A stretch of DNA of 64,000 nucleotides from Meyerozyma guilliermondii (taxonomy: Eukaryota), in the NCBI GenBank assembly GCA_051546255.1, contig CP128816.1, positions 1,116,001 to 1,180,000 on the forward strand. The letters are read 5' to 3'. Position 1 is the stretch's first letter. Every line of letters starts with the position of its first letter. The notes under the pieces are model-generated. The model saw only the letters and a program-made list of their open reading frames with translations. It did not search any database and was not told where the DNA came from. Shown piece by piece: positions 29,695 to 43,076 of the stretch. Position numbers and translations under genes: made by a program.

Positions 29695-30850
29695 CAGCCC
29701 TACTAAATGTGTTTCGTGAACGCAATCTTCGCGCGGTCACGCGCAGAGTCCAGACGAGTCAAAACAATTTCGAAACTAAGGGTGCATAAATTTGATGCAT
29801 GATGAACTCCGATTCCGGGCAGGGGTAACCGGACAATATTGGGGGATCAAGGCGGGCGCAATTGAACAATGTAACATTGAAAAATATTTTCGCCAATGAT
29901 ATAGTTTGGGTCACTTCGATCGAACCAAATAAGGAAGTCACTCACAGATGTAAGAACTCGCCATCAACGTTATTTAGATGCAATGCCAGGAACGATGATG
30001 CCGGTTAAACCTGCAATTTTCAACCAGAGACGCGCAATGCATCCAAGAATGCTGTGGGTGTTTGGAGGTCGCTTACCCAACCGCAACGTTTTTATTTCTT
30101 TTTCCAATTCGCTTGCGTCAGCTGTTGCGCATCAAAAGCGCATTAGGACAAATGAGACAATAACAAAAGTTGGCATGGATAGCTGGAACTCGTTGGATCT
30201 TCCATATTTCCTTTCGACTACATGTTTTCCACTTCTTTCTCTAATTCTTCGTATCTTCTAGAACATTGATCGTACAGATAGATGAGCATGGGCGGCTGCC
30301 ATGCATATTCAAGGGTGCAGATTCATGCACCTTCGCTGGTTAGTAGTCCTCATCCCGCAGGGTGAGGAGTTGTGATTCTTTCTTTTTCATAAAACTTTTT
30401 TTTCATAAAACCGTGAAGCCGTACACTTTTTTCCGCTTGAACGCTTTTCATCTTTCGTTGATACCTACATTTGGCGTCCGGCTGTATTATTATTTCAGCT
30501 GAGGAACCCTTTTGGTTTCTTTTTCTGCGCCACGAAATATTTGAAGTTGTACCTTTTTTCTTTACTTAATTACAAGAGAGATACAAGAATAGGTAATCTT
30601 CAAGCTCTCCAGACTACCTGGATACAACTGCATCCCTCATACAGATAGTTGGCTTGAATTTCATAAACACCACGTTTTCAAGGCCATCGCAACCGTTGAG
30701 CATAACACGGTCACGCCATTTGCTGTTTGTAACGCTTACGCATCATAGCAGGTAAATTCACTCATTTATCAATCGCCAAGCTTACTTGCATTTCTTCAGC
30801 GTTGAAACTATTCCCGTATTTAAAATACCCCGCTTCCCAAACTTAAAATT

Positions 30851-32188
30851 ATGGTTCTTTCAGGCACCGATCATGTCATGTCTCCAGTGCCTTATAAGGC
30901 GGTACCGTTGGCAGAAAGATTTAGGCTTGAAGACGACACCGAAAATTTGGGTACGTGCAAACTAGAAAATAGCCCTAAGGAGTGCACAGTGTCCAATTGC
31001 TGTAAAGTACCGTCACTCGATCAGTTGATCGATGACTGTTTTCGGTACTCTATAGGAGAGCTTCATGACCAGAAAAAGATAGATCGAGTGGAATCTTTCA
31101 AGAAGATAGTTGTACAGCTCCACTGTGAAGAGAATCTTGCATTCATGATCGACATCTACAAATACGAATATTTTTATGCCAAGATCTACCCGCAAACCAT
31201 CCAAGATTACATCGAGAGCACCAGTTCCAACAAACTTTCACCAAAACCTGCATTTCTCAACCGGTCTCTAAGTACCTCTATTGATGACTTACCGCATCCA
31301 TCCAAAATCGACAAGAATTTGTTCCACAAAAGAGTACCATCATCTACCGTCATGTCCGTCCAGTCGGACGAACTTGTTCCAACCTCGGTATTCGTATCCA
31401 GCATCGATGATTTACATCCGGCTAAAGATCTTCATAGCACTTGGGACACATTGCGTGACAAGAGCACTGAGGAGGAGTCGCTCGATGATGGTATTGATCA
31501 GGACTCAACCTCCGAAAATGAGGATGCTAGGTTATTAACCAACCAGTGGAACCACATCATATTCACATACGTCCATCACGATGCTCCCCTCCAGATCAAC
31601 CTTTCTAACATGTCGTATCAGGAGATAATTGACGCCGATAAAGCCGACTCCGGGCCCGTGAGCCCTTCCGCTCTTCTTAGAGCCCAGCATGAAATCCTTC
31701 AACTTATCAAGGAAAACGCATACATCCCATTCATTAATCTTAACCGAGAATCAAAGAGTGTTGAAGAGTCACCTCCCAGTTGCCCTTCAAGTGCTCCACT
31801 GTGTTTTTTGTCTACGGATTCGACCAACCCACGCTCTCCACAAATCTCAGCTCGTGGATTGGACTCTCCAGTTCTCTCGCCAACACCTTCGAATTCAAGA
31901 TATAAGCAGAAGAAGAATAGATTCATCCCATTTTCCTCGCCGCAGCTCGAGTCCAGCTCGACTTCCTCCTCAGCATCGTCGATCACCAACTTTTTCAACC
32001 ATTTGAAGTTGCACTCGCCCACATCGAGCAGATCACACACTCCTGCGATGGGATCTCCTCCATCCACTGCCTCGAGTCCGGTTTCTGTTCCACACCTGGC
32101 GAATAGCGTCACGCGAAAAGTAGCCGCTCAGGACGTGGGTAGGACGCAGTCGCTCAAGCTCAACAAACTTTGGAAGAAAAAGCCATAA
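30851..32188 (+). CDS. RGS-domain protein (Rgs2-like regulator of G-protein signalling)
   Basis: Split RGS domain: SFKKIVVQLHCEENLAF, then a Ser-rich insert, then WNHIIFTYVHHDAPLQINLS...EILQLIKENAYIPF. Ser/Pro-rich tail. Confidence 0.82.
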   Translation: MVLSGTDHVMSPVPYKAVPLAERFRLEDDTENLGTCKLENSPKECTVSNCCKVPSLDQLIDDCFRYSIGELHDQKKIDRVESFKKIVVQLHCEENLAFMIDIYKYEYFYAKIYPQTIQDYIESTSSNKLSPKPAFLNRSLSTSIDDLPHPSKIDKNLFHKRVPSSTVMSVQSDELVPTSVFVSSIDDLHPAKDLHSTWDTLRDKSTEEESLDDGIDQDSTSENEDARLLTNQWNHIIFTYVHHDAPLQINLSNMSYQEIIDADKADSGPVSPSALLRAQHEILQLIKENAYIPFINLNRESKSVEESPPSCPSSAPLCFLSTDSTNPRSPQISARGLDSPVLSPTPSNSRYKQKKNRFIPFSSPQLESSSTSSSASSITNFFNHLKLHSPTSSRSHTPAMGSPPSTASSPVSVPHLANSVTRKVAAQDVGRTQSLKLNKLWKKKP

Positions 32189-32490
32189 TTGCATTATATA
32201 TTTGTATACTTAATTTATAGACTTACACACATTAACTTTGGCTGCGAAAATCTCACCTGCACCGAACCCTGCAAGCCATCGTTCCATGCAGGTAGAAACA
32301 TGGAGAAGAGCACATCCCTAAAGCAGAACAAACTTCAAGGTAAGGGTGGGCGTTGTTACGGCATACCACGAGGTGCCTCCGTATAAATAGACATCCTTCA
32401 ACTTCTAAGGTTTGACTCTTAGCATATAAAGGTTTATTTAAACTCATTATTTGCTAGATAAGGAGTGATAAAGATTGTCTCAAACTTATC

Positions 32491-35109
32491 ATGACCAGCT
32501 CTAGTGCCAATGAGTCTGCCCATGATATCCCGCTGAGTGGCTCGGCCACAGAAGTTTCCGATACTTCCACCGAGAAATTGAAGCCTTTTGTTGTTCCGGA
32601 GCGAATTCGAAGATGTTTAACTCCGTCCAGATGCCGTTCTAAAAGTAAGTTTTCTGGACACCTTGAACGCCGAAGGAGAATCATTCAGCAATGCCAATTG
32701 AAAGCTCAGAAAACCATGAGCGAAATTCGAACTAAATTAATCAATCGTAAGCAACAGTTTCATCTTCAACGATGCCGATTGTCGTTACAAATGAACCGCA
32801 AAATGAATGCTGCGAGAGAAAGAAGGCGGCGAATACTTGGAGAAAGAAAGACTCGAGCCCAGAATATTGCCCTTTTGGTAAACGAACCGATTATAACCAA
32901 CAACTTGAAAAATGAGCCAAAAGAAAGTCGTCGCAAAGTGTCCGATGCCTTTGAAAAACTGGTGAAATTTATCCAATTCCACATCCGTCGGTACCTCTTA
33001 AGGAACTATTTGGACTACCTTCATCAAAATTCAGTTTTCGACAAACTTGACACTTTATCTTATTCTGAGTCACTTTTATTCGTTCGAGAAAATAGCAGAG
33101 AAGCATGCATTCTTCGCTCGGTATTGTCTCAGTTAGTGCCTGGGGTAACCTACCAGTCGGTTTTGCTCTATGGAATTGTCCTAGTGGCGGATATAAAGGA
33201 CTCTATCATATCACATTCGCACTCTGGAACCAACACTAATACCGACACTTCTCACCATGATTTGGTATCCAACTCAATTACCCTCTTGCTATACAAAGTT
33301 ACTTTGTCAATTCTTCAAGCTCTAAAAGCTATTGCCTTACCTGGGGCAGATTTAAGGTGGTTCAGCGATTGTCGGTTGACATTGTCAAGATTGTGTCGAC
33401 AGTACTGTGAGCTTTTCTTCACATACAAAAATCGTCACCTTGAAGATTGCAAAATCATCGCTAACCAAGCTTCCAAAATCATGGACCTCGCTGTGAAAAG
33501 TGGAGGAATATCTCATGGAGATTATGTGAAACAAAAGGTGGAACTTGCCAAGCAAATGAACTTTCTAGCCAAAGTCGAGACAGTTCCAACCACTTCCAAA
33601 ATCACTAATGATATCGAAGCCATCACCAGTACGGCTCTTATTCGCAAATTTCCAGATATAAATTGCGATCGACTGGTTATAGTGGAACTCAAACATGACC
33701 GACCGTTCTTGGAAGAAGTGAGTCGTCGAGTAAAAATTGACAAAATTGTCTATGTCCTCCCACCATGTTTTCCTTCTCTTTTTTGGCGAAAATTCTGGGT
33801 CAAGAAGCTCCAAGAACCTGAAAAACTGGTGAAAATGAACACTGGACGAATCAGAATTCACCCAGAAACCAATAAAGTACTACACTATGAACAATTATGC
33901 CTCAATTTTCATGTCCCCACGCTATACGACCATTACAGCCATTTCGAAGGCTCGAGCCAACCGCAATTGGTGAAACAATGCTCGCATGCCCTTACAAGAA
34001 TCTTTACACTTGTTGTGGATTTTGTTCAGCTGTTCGCTGCCTTGGATGAAGGACAAGTATATGGTATTCAGCAGATGGGGTATTGGATTGCTAGTACCAA
34101 GACTCACACTTTGGAGAGCTTTGCCAACATTTATGCACCGCTGATTTTGAAAGTGTCTTCATACTCTACAATTCTCGCTGATATTCTGGAAAAAATTGAA
34201 AACTTTTTATCAAAGGTGCAACCAAGTGCACAAGACATTCTCCATCTTTGTCATCAAGTGGAACTTCAAGTGATGAACTTGTGGGTACGCCATTGTCAGT
34301 TTGTTAATTTGACCCATTTCAGACACTTTGAAAATTGTCTTCTCTTGATGACTTTAAACAGATACCTGGTCAAAATGGGCACCAATTCTCCTGAGCTAAG
34401 ATTTCCAAAGTACTGTCGGTTTCTTCGGTCATACAGCTTGAAATGGAAAGTGATAAATTATGGAGCTTCAATTCGAGCTTCATTTGCGGTACCTGATCTT
34501 CAAAAGTCCGTGCCACGGTCCAAAGTGTATCACGAGTTTTATGGTTGCTGGACTCTGTTCTTTATATCAGGGATTCATAAGGACCCTGTTGCGAAACTAG
34601 AATCTTCTGGTGGTGCTAATGAGTTTAGTGTTCTCTTTGGTGACGAAATATTGGATATCCAGAAAAATGTTAATAACACCATACAGACCACCATCCTCAC
34701 CTACCTTTGTTGTCACTATTTGAATAAGTGGCACAAGGTCAAATCTCTCTTACCAATAGTATCATCGACTTTGGACTCGCAGATGTACGACCCATTAATG
34801 GTAACCAGCCTAATTCCTGAAAAATTGAGCAGAGAAGTCCACATTAAAAAACCACTAGAGATGTCCCATTATCTCCAGAAGGAGGTTGCCAAGATTAAGG
34901 CTGGAAACTCCCAAGTATACCTGGTTATTGCAGCCAAATTTCGCCAGCTTTCAGTTGCGAAGTCTGCAGAACATCAAGATTTATTGAACAGAGTCTTTGA
35001 CCCAGTAAGACACGAGGTACAGGATCTGCTCTCCCAGATCCAACATTTGGCAACTACCATGTATGATGTCTACCATCCATTGTTGAATTGGATCCATAAT
35101 GATTTATAG
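32491..35109 (+). CDS. Uncharacterised 872-aa protein with a basic coiled-coil N-terminus
   Basis: Long ORF filling the gap between neighbours, with an Arg/Lys-rich N-terminus and an IQ-like segment (IQFHIRRYL). Family not securely recognised; possibly a divergent TCP11-like protein. Confidence 0.75.
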   Translation: MTSSSANESAHDIPLSGSATEVSDTSTEKLKPFVVPERIRRCLTPSRCRSKSKFSGHLERRRRIIQQCQLKAQKTMSEIRTKLINRKQQFHLQRCRLSLQMNRKMNAARERRRRILGERKTRAQNIALLVNEPIITNNLKNEPKESRRKVSDAFEKLVKFIQFHIRRYLLRNYLDYLHQNSVFDKLDTLSYSESLLFVRENSREACILRSVLSQLVPGVTYQSVLLYGIVLVADIKDSIISHSHSGTNTNTDTSHHDLVSNSITLLLYKVTLSILQALKAIALPGADLRWFSDCRLTLSRLCRQYCELFFTYKNRHLEDCKIIANQASKIMDLAVKSGGISHGDYVKQKVELAKQMNFLAKVETVPTTSKITNDIEAITSTALIRKFPDINCDRLVIVELKHDRPFLEEVSRRVKIDKIVYVLPPCFPSLFWRKFWVKKLQEPEKLVKMNTGRIRIHPETNKVLHYEQLCLNFHVPTLYDHYSHFEGSSQPQLVKQCSHALTRIFTLVVDFVQLFAALDEGQVYGIQQMGYWIASTKTHTLESFANIYAPLILKVSSYSTILADILEKIENFLSKVQPSAQDILHLCHQVELQVMNLWVRHCQFVNLTHFRHFENCLLLMTLNRYLVKMGTNSPELRFPKYCRFLRSYSLKWKVINYGASIRASFAVPDLQKSVPRSKVYHEFYGCWTLFFISGIHKDPVAKLESSGGANEFSVLFGDEILDIQKNVNNTIQTTILTYLCCHYLNKWHKVKSLLPIVSSTLDSQMYDPLMVTSLIPEKLSREVHIKKPLEMSHYLQKEVAKIKAGNSQVYLVIAAKFRQLSVAKSAEHQDLLNRVFDPVRHEVQDLLSQIQHLATTMYDVYHPLLNWIHNDL

Positions 35110-35137
35110 GTTGCAATAGATCTTAGACCGCGCTTAA

Positions 35138-37795
<2,658 letters not shown>

Positions 37796-37907
37796 AGTAC
37801 AATAAACTGACTTTAGAGTATGTCTGTAGGTTTTCGCATCCTCACACCCAATTTTGGTGAACCTTCTTTCATAGGTACAATCGGGCTCAACCACACCACA
37901 CTTTAAC

Positions 37908-39224
37908 ATGCTTGTACCCCCGGAAAATTGTGGACTTGTAGAGCCAGGTATCTATAGGTGCTCCAAGCTCGACCAGGATAACTTCCCGTTTCTAGAAACT
38001 CTCAATTTGAAATCAATTGTTATAGTTGATGCAGAAAAGCCTCCTGGTCCATTAAAGCGATTTATTGAAGCGAATAACGTCGAGCTATTTAACCTAGGTG
38101 CACTCAAAATCTCGAACCATCATCATACTGGAGTCAATTCTAGCTCTGGGAAGTTAGAAGAGGAAGGTTCCAGCAATGGTTCGACTTCGAGCTCGGGAAA
38201 TGCCGATGTTAATGATCTCGAGCCTATCAATGTCAATACCACAAAGGACAAAAATGATCTGTGGATGCTTATAGAGAAGAACTTGATACTACGTGCTTTT
38301 GAGTTGCTATTAAACAAGACGAAGCACAACCTACTTTTGGTGGATTCGTCGCTGACTCTCGTGGGCATTCTTCGCAAGATTCAAAAGTGGAATTTTAACT
38401 CCATAGTCAATGAGTACCGTACGTTTGCTGGTACCTCGACGAAAAACAACTATTTTGCGGAAACTTTTCTCGAATTGGTGGAACCTGAACTAATAGCATA
38501 TGAGATTCACCGATTCAATAGCGAGTCAAAGCAGCCAGAAAAAACTCTTTACAAGAGCCCCGAGTTTAGGAGAGAATCCCGAAACGCTTCGAGGACGTCA
38601 GTTGACGATGAGGCAAGTTTTGATGATCGTAACAGCGATACCCAGAGTATAGACGATGATGAGATGGACGACGAATTACTTTCAGCCTCGCCTCAAATTC
38701 CAACCAATTTGTTGAAACTCGTAGAGCTGAGGAAGAATGATACTTCACGAGATTCTGAGCCAGATGTGGATTCAGTAACACCAGGATCTTCTCCAAGGTA
38801 TACTCGTGGAAGTCGTAATAATAGCTTTACCAGCGACATGATTTTCTCCGCAACTCGATCTAATTTTGAGAGAAGAAGGTCTTCCATAGACAGCTTGGTG
38901 CGGCCAAGTCCAAGTAATATCAAATTCAGACAAGGTGCACGAGCTCCAGATCGACGAGCAGCCCGTGACTCGTTCAGCAAGGGAAGTTTCAGCGAATCGT
39001 TGAAAGAATTCAAAGACTCATTCAAAAGACCCGACGACAACGAACTACAACAAAAATACGGATTTTACTACTACAAAAGCTTCAAAGAAAATCCTTATAC
39101 CTTTGAGGAAGTTAATGCAATAAAAATCAAGCTACCACAAGATACTAAACTACCAGCATGGTTTCGAAGCCAGCGAGATTATTGGGAAGCAAACTTTCGA
39201 AAATTAAATGGTCTCATAGAATGA
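37908..39224 (+). CDS. OCA4: Oca4-type tyrosine-phosphatase-family protein (pseudophosphatase, no HCx5R motif)
   Basis: MLVPPENCGLVEPGIYRCSKL...FLETLNLK...LLLVD...GILRKIQKWN...NEYR...NYFAETFLE matches Oca4. Confidence 0.85.
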   Translation: MLVPPENCGLVEPGIYRCSKLDQDNFPFLETLNLKSIVIVDAEKPPGPLKRFIEANNVELFNLGALKISNHHHTGVNSSSGKLEEEGSSNGSTSSSGNADVNDLEPINVNTTKDKNDLWMLIEKNLILRAFELLLNKTKHNLLLVDSSLTLVGILRKIQKWNFNSIVNEYRTFAGTSTKNNYFAETFLELVEPELIAYEIHRFNSESKQPEKTLYKSPEFRRESRNASRTSVDDEASFDDRNSDTQSIDDDEMDDELLSASPQIPTNLLKLVELRKNDTSRDSEPDVDSVTPGSSPRYTRGSRNNSFTSDMIFSATRSNFERRRSSIDSLVRPSPSNIKFRQGARAPDRRAARDSFSKGSFSESLKEFKDSFKRPDDNELQQKYGFYYYKSFKENPYTFEEVNAIKIKLPQDTKLPAWFRSQRDYWEANFRKLNGLIE

Positions 39225-39245
39225 GTGTTGCCAGCAACTTTTGCA

Positions 39246-39908
39246 TCATTTTCTTCCCCAGGTTGCCCTTGTTGGTGGAGCAGATTGTGATCCCGATGTA
39301 GGTGGTGGGGTGTGGTTGCTGAACATTTTGTCACGGAGTCTGGAACTGGACCCGTTTCCAGATGCACTGTTAGTCCGGGCTGGTTGGTACGATTGGCTGG
39401 AGTAGCCAGCTCCCGGTACCGACTGTTCTCGAGACCGATTGTACATGTCTTGTAATCTACTTGACGATCTGGTATAGGTCCTTGCCGGTGCAGATTGTGT
39501 TTCCTGGTGTTGTGACCGGTCCTGACTCCAGCTATTTCCCCTTTGGAATGTTGGCTGTTGGCTGGTTGAATAATCGTCTTCAACACGAACTGGTTGTAAT
39601 TGTTCTTGGTACAGTCTGGGACGAGAGTTCATTTGCGCCTGTTGCTGCTGGCCCTGATAAGTACGGCTCTGGTACGAATTTGTCAGTGGTCTCAGTCTTT
39701 TTTCGCCCAACCATTCTGGATATGGCTGGTGGACGCTGTCAAAGTACTTGACGAACGCTCGATGGATCAACGTATCATCCTCACTATCACCATCTACTTC
39801 CCTTTGAATGACCGAGGTAGCACTTGAGAACCTTGCGGCATAACTGTCTTTCAATTTAGCGAAAAAGTTTCGTGTTTCCTGCTCTGTTCGTTCCTGAATA
39901 TGAGACAT
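39246..39908 (-). CDS. MSO1: Sec1-binding exocytosis factor Mso1
   Basis: DGDSEDDTLIHRAFVKYF...YPEWLG (Sec1-binding region), SRLQDMYN and a Gln/Ser-rich tail. Confidence 0.8.
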   Translation of the reverse strand: MSHIQERTEQETRNFFAKLKDSYAARFSSATSVIQREVDGDSEDDTLIHRAFVKYFDSVHQPYPEWLGEKRLRPLTNSYQSRTYQGQQQQAQMNSRPRLYQEQLQPVRVEDDYSTSQQPTFQRGNSWSQDRSQHQETQSAPARTYTRSSSRLQDMYNRSREQSVPGAGYSSQSYQPARTNSASGNGSSSRLRDKMFSNHTPPPTSGSQSAPPTRATWGRK

Positions 39909-40025
39909 TGATAATACTTGTGGTCGAGTGAAATCAAAATGGTGAGGATCGCATGATTTATCTGCAGGAGATGGCCCGCCATCGCGGAAAATTTAGTTTC
40001 GCACAAGTTTGTAGGTACTTTTCAA

Positions 40026-42170
40026 ATGTCTTGGGTACGATCAGTAGCCATTAGGACGGCGCTTTGCCGTCAGGTTCGGTCGAGATACCAATCATATGGA
40101 AGCACCAGGCTCTTCTCCTCCTCTTTGCGAAGCTGGGAGGAACCAGAAGTTGTCACAAAAACTCCCAAGGCTGATATTGACCATGAGGCTGTCAAAGCTC
40201 ATCAAGAATCTTCCCCATTGAAAAGCATTGAGGTGCCGTTTACTTCGCTCGAAGCATCGAGAAAGTTTGACAAATCGATCTTTAGAGGACTCTACAACAG
40301 CAAAATGAAGAATATGACCGTGGTGCAACAACGTGCCATCATGCCTATGATGGATACCAAGACCGGAGTTGTTGTCCGTGCCAAGACCGGTACTGGTAAA
40401 ACATTAGCGTTCGCTCTTCCATGTATACAGGCGGCGCTTGAGAACCCACAGCAGACCCAAAAGGGACGAATTCAAGCACTTGTGGTGGCACCAACCAGAG
40501 ATTTAGCACTTCAAATCGAGGCAGAATTCAAGAAAGTTTTACAACACCAGACCCGTAATGTTCATCGCAAGACAGATACGTTTGTATTGATCGGTGGACG
40601 TAAGAACGATCTTCACCCAAAAGCCAAGGCTGCTATTGTCATTGCTACTCCTGGTCGTTTGGAAGCAATTCTCCGTGATCCTAGAATGTTGCCCATGTTT
40701 TCAGATTTGAAATACCGGGTTTATGATGAGGCAGATAGACTCTTGGACCAAGGGTTTGCTCCTACCTTGGAGGTGATTGAGGAAAGATTGCGCGATGCCA
40801 AGGCGGAAGCACTTGAACCAGACAACCACTTTAAGACAGCTCTCTTTAGTGCAACTGTGGATGATGCCGTAACCAACTTTGCCCATGAAACCATTGGAAA
40901 GGAGTATGAATACATCAATTGTGTCGACAAAGACGCAGAAGAAAGTCACGAGAACATTCATCAAGGTATAGTGAGAACACAGTCTATCAAAGATTCCTTT
41001 GAAGCTTCGTTTTCTTACATTCTCAACCATATCAACGACAAATATTTCAAAGCAATTGTGTTTTTGCCCACAATTACAGGTACTGAGTACTACTACCGGG
41101 TGTTACAACGTGCTAAGAGAGAAGAGTTATATGATAGTGAAACGGCCACCAAAAAGTATGGCTCAAGAATTTTACGTCTTCATGGAAAGATGTCTCAATC
41201 TGCAAGAGACCGTACCGTGAAAGAGTTCAGACGGACATCACATGGTGTTTTGGTTTGTACAGACGTAGCTGCCAGAGGATTGGATTTCAACGATGTCAGT
41301 CATGTTATTCAAATGTGTCCAAGTTCTTCTGTTGCTGATTATATTCACAAGATTGGACGTACCGCTAGAGCTGGTGCTCGTGGTAAAGCCAGAATTTTCA
41401 TTTCTGAACCTGAAATGAAATTTATTGAAACGTTACAACGTGAGAGAGGAATTGTATTCAAGGAAGACACCGAATATGTCAAAGATGAAACATCACCAGA
41501 CCATTTCCAGAGATTAGGTTCTTACGAGCAAGACGCCCTTGAGGAGTTCTTGCGTACCTTCTTAGGTTTTGCTGCTTCAGTTTCAGGTGTGTACCGATTC
41601 AACAAGCAACGAATTGTTGAGGAATCGTTTGCGTTATACAGACACATTTTGAACGATCCTTCTGCGAAGCTTAGTGTTGGGCGCCGATTTGTCTCTGAAG
41701 TCTTGCGTATGCCAGGACGTGATGCTGCCGAATTCTTTGATGTTCCAGGTGGTTTCGACATGAGACTGTCCAACGATCGCAAGAGCAAGAGAACATTTAT
41801 GGGTGATGGTGGCTCCAGATCTGACCGTGGATTCAGCAATGACAGATATGGTAATAGCGGTCGCCTGTACAATAAGAGTCGTCTGTTCGATCGTAATGAT
41901 CGTTCGTACGGCAATGATCGCTCTTACAGTAATGACAGAAAGTCGTATGGAAACAAGTCGTATGGAGACAAATCTTATGGTAACAAAGCCTATGGGGACA
42001 AATCATATGGAGACAAATCCTATGGAGACAAATCTTATGGTAAATCCTATGGCAACAGATCTAACGACAGAAGCTTCAGTCGCGGCAATGACAGAGGTGG
42101 CTACGAAAAGAGAAACTATGGATCTCAGTCAAGAAACACATATGGCCGCAGAGACGATAGCGACGAGTAG
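40026..42170 (+). CDS. MSS116: Mitochondrial DEAD-box RNA helicase Mss116
   Basis: Presequence, AKTGTGKT, PTRDLA, TPGRL, DEAD, SAT, TDVAARGLD, HKIGRTAR and a basic low-complexity C-tail. Confidence 0.92.
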   Translation: MSWVRSVAIRTALCRQVRSRYQSYGSTRLFSSSLRSWEEPEVVTKTPKADIDHEAVKAHQESSPLKSIEVPFTSLEASRKFDKSIFRGLYNSKMKNMTVVQQRAIMPMMDTKTGVVVRAKTGTGKTLAFALPCIQAALENPQQTQKGRIQALVVAPTRDLALQIEAEFKKVLQHQTRNVHRKTDTFVLIGGRKNDLHPKAKAAIVIATPGRLEAILRDPRMLPMFSDLKYRVYDEADRLLDQGFAPTLEVIEERLRDAKAEALEPDNHFKTALFSATVDDAVTNFAHETIGKEYEYINCVDKDAEESHENIHQGIVRTQSIKDSFEASFSYILNHINDKYFKAIVFLPTITGTEYYYRVLQRAKREELYDSETATKKYGSRILRLHGKMSQSARDRTVKEFRRTSHGVLVCTDVAARGLDFNDVSHVIQMCPSSSVADYIHKIGRTARAGARGKARIFISEPEMKFIETLQRERGIVFKEDTEYVKDETSPDHFQRLGSYEQDALEEFLRTFLGFAASVSGVYRFNKQRIVEESFALYRHILNDPSAKLSVGRRFVSEVLRMPGRDAAEFFDVPGGFDMRLSNDRKSKRTFMGDGGSRSDRGFSNDRYGNSGRLYNKSRLFDRNDRSYGNDRSYSNDRKSYGNKSYGDKSYGNKAYGDKSYGDKSYGDKSYGKSYGNRSNDRSFSRGNDRGGYEKRNYGSQSRNTYGRRDDSDE
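41940..42056 (+). repeat. Coding 15-bp tandem repeat, K-S-Y-G-(D/N) x8
   Basis: aagtcgtatggaaac aagtcgtatggagac aaatcttatggtaac aaagcctatggggac aaatcatatggagac aaatcctatggagac aaatcttatggt aaatcctatggcaac. Confidence 0.9.
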
Positions 42171-42273
42171 GAGGTATAATAGCAACGAATACTTGTAAAT
42201 AGAGAAAATTACTCACGTACATTCATGGATCAAAGGCAATCGAGTCTCATCAAATAGTTAAGAAAGTGCAGCA

Positions 42274-42972
42274 TCACGTACTACCTGAATATTTGGCATC
42301 ATATTCCTTTGCCGTCTTGTTCACCTCGGTTCCCAGCACTATGACCACTTCTGGTTCAGTGGACTTGAGCGGCTCAAGTGCCGTAAAAATAGCAGCTTTT
42401 GCAACCTCCTCGTCGTAAGCTGGGTACAATGGAAAAGCAAACACGCTATTCTTCACCAACAGCGCCACCTTCACCAAAGAGCTTTCAAAGAATCCGTGAG
42501 AGGCTTCACGTTCGCCCAACAAAACTCCAGGTCTGATAATAATTGTTCTGGGAAACTTCAATGCTACAATATCGTCCTCTAGCTTACCTTTCGTCTTGAG
42601 GTAAAAGAAGGGGGACAGAGAAGAGGCTGCTCCAGAGGAAACTAGAACAAATGTCTTGACACCAGCATCTTTCGCAGCCTTAGCTGCGTCGTAGTTAATG
42701 CCATAATCGATCTTCAAAAAGCCCTCGTTTCCCCCAGCAAGTTTCTTGGTAGTTCCAAACGCACTGATGAAGACATCATTATCCTTTTGCTTTCGAATTA
42801 TGTCACCCCAAACGTCACTATCTTTTTCAATTACACTGTCAATTTTGCTTCCTTCAACCTTTGGAGCCCTTCTGCTTACTGTGAATATAGAGTCGATTTC
42901 CTTACATTCGTTCAAGATCTTCAATGCCAGGGACCCAACAAGCCCTGTACTTCCTAATAAAATGGCCCGCAT
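42274..42972 (-). CDS. FMP52: Fmp52 (TIP30/CC3-like NAD(P)-binding protein)
   Basis: MRAILLGSTGLVG, SAFGTTKKLAGG, KIDYGINY, YLKTKGKLE and IIRPGVLLGER. Confidence 0.9.
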   Translation of the reverse strand: MRAILLGSTGLVGSLALKILNECKEIDSIFTVSRRAPKVEGSKIDSVIEKDSDVWGDIIRKQKDNDVFISAFGTTKKLAGGNEGFLKIDYGINYDAAKAAKDAGVKTFVLVSSGAASSLSPFFYLKTKGKLEDDIVALKFPRTIIIRPGVLLGEREASHGFFESSLVKVALLVKNSVFAFPLYPAYDEEVAKAAIFTALEPLKSTEPEVVIVLGTEVNKTAKEYDAKYSGST

Positions 42973-43076
42973 TGTATTGGTGGCGCTTGATAATTTAGGT
43001 GAGTTCGCAGAGGGACTGCACACCAGACTGAAAGACTAGGGTATACTCGCGGTAATTAGCCAGTAGCTCATTAGAT

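Noticed and set aside
41340..41375. Helicase motif VI reading HKIGRTAR rather than HRIGRTAR in MSS116
   Set aside because: A conservative change with all other motifs intact, so not evidence of inactivation.
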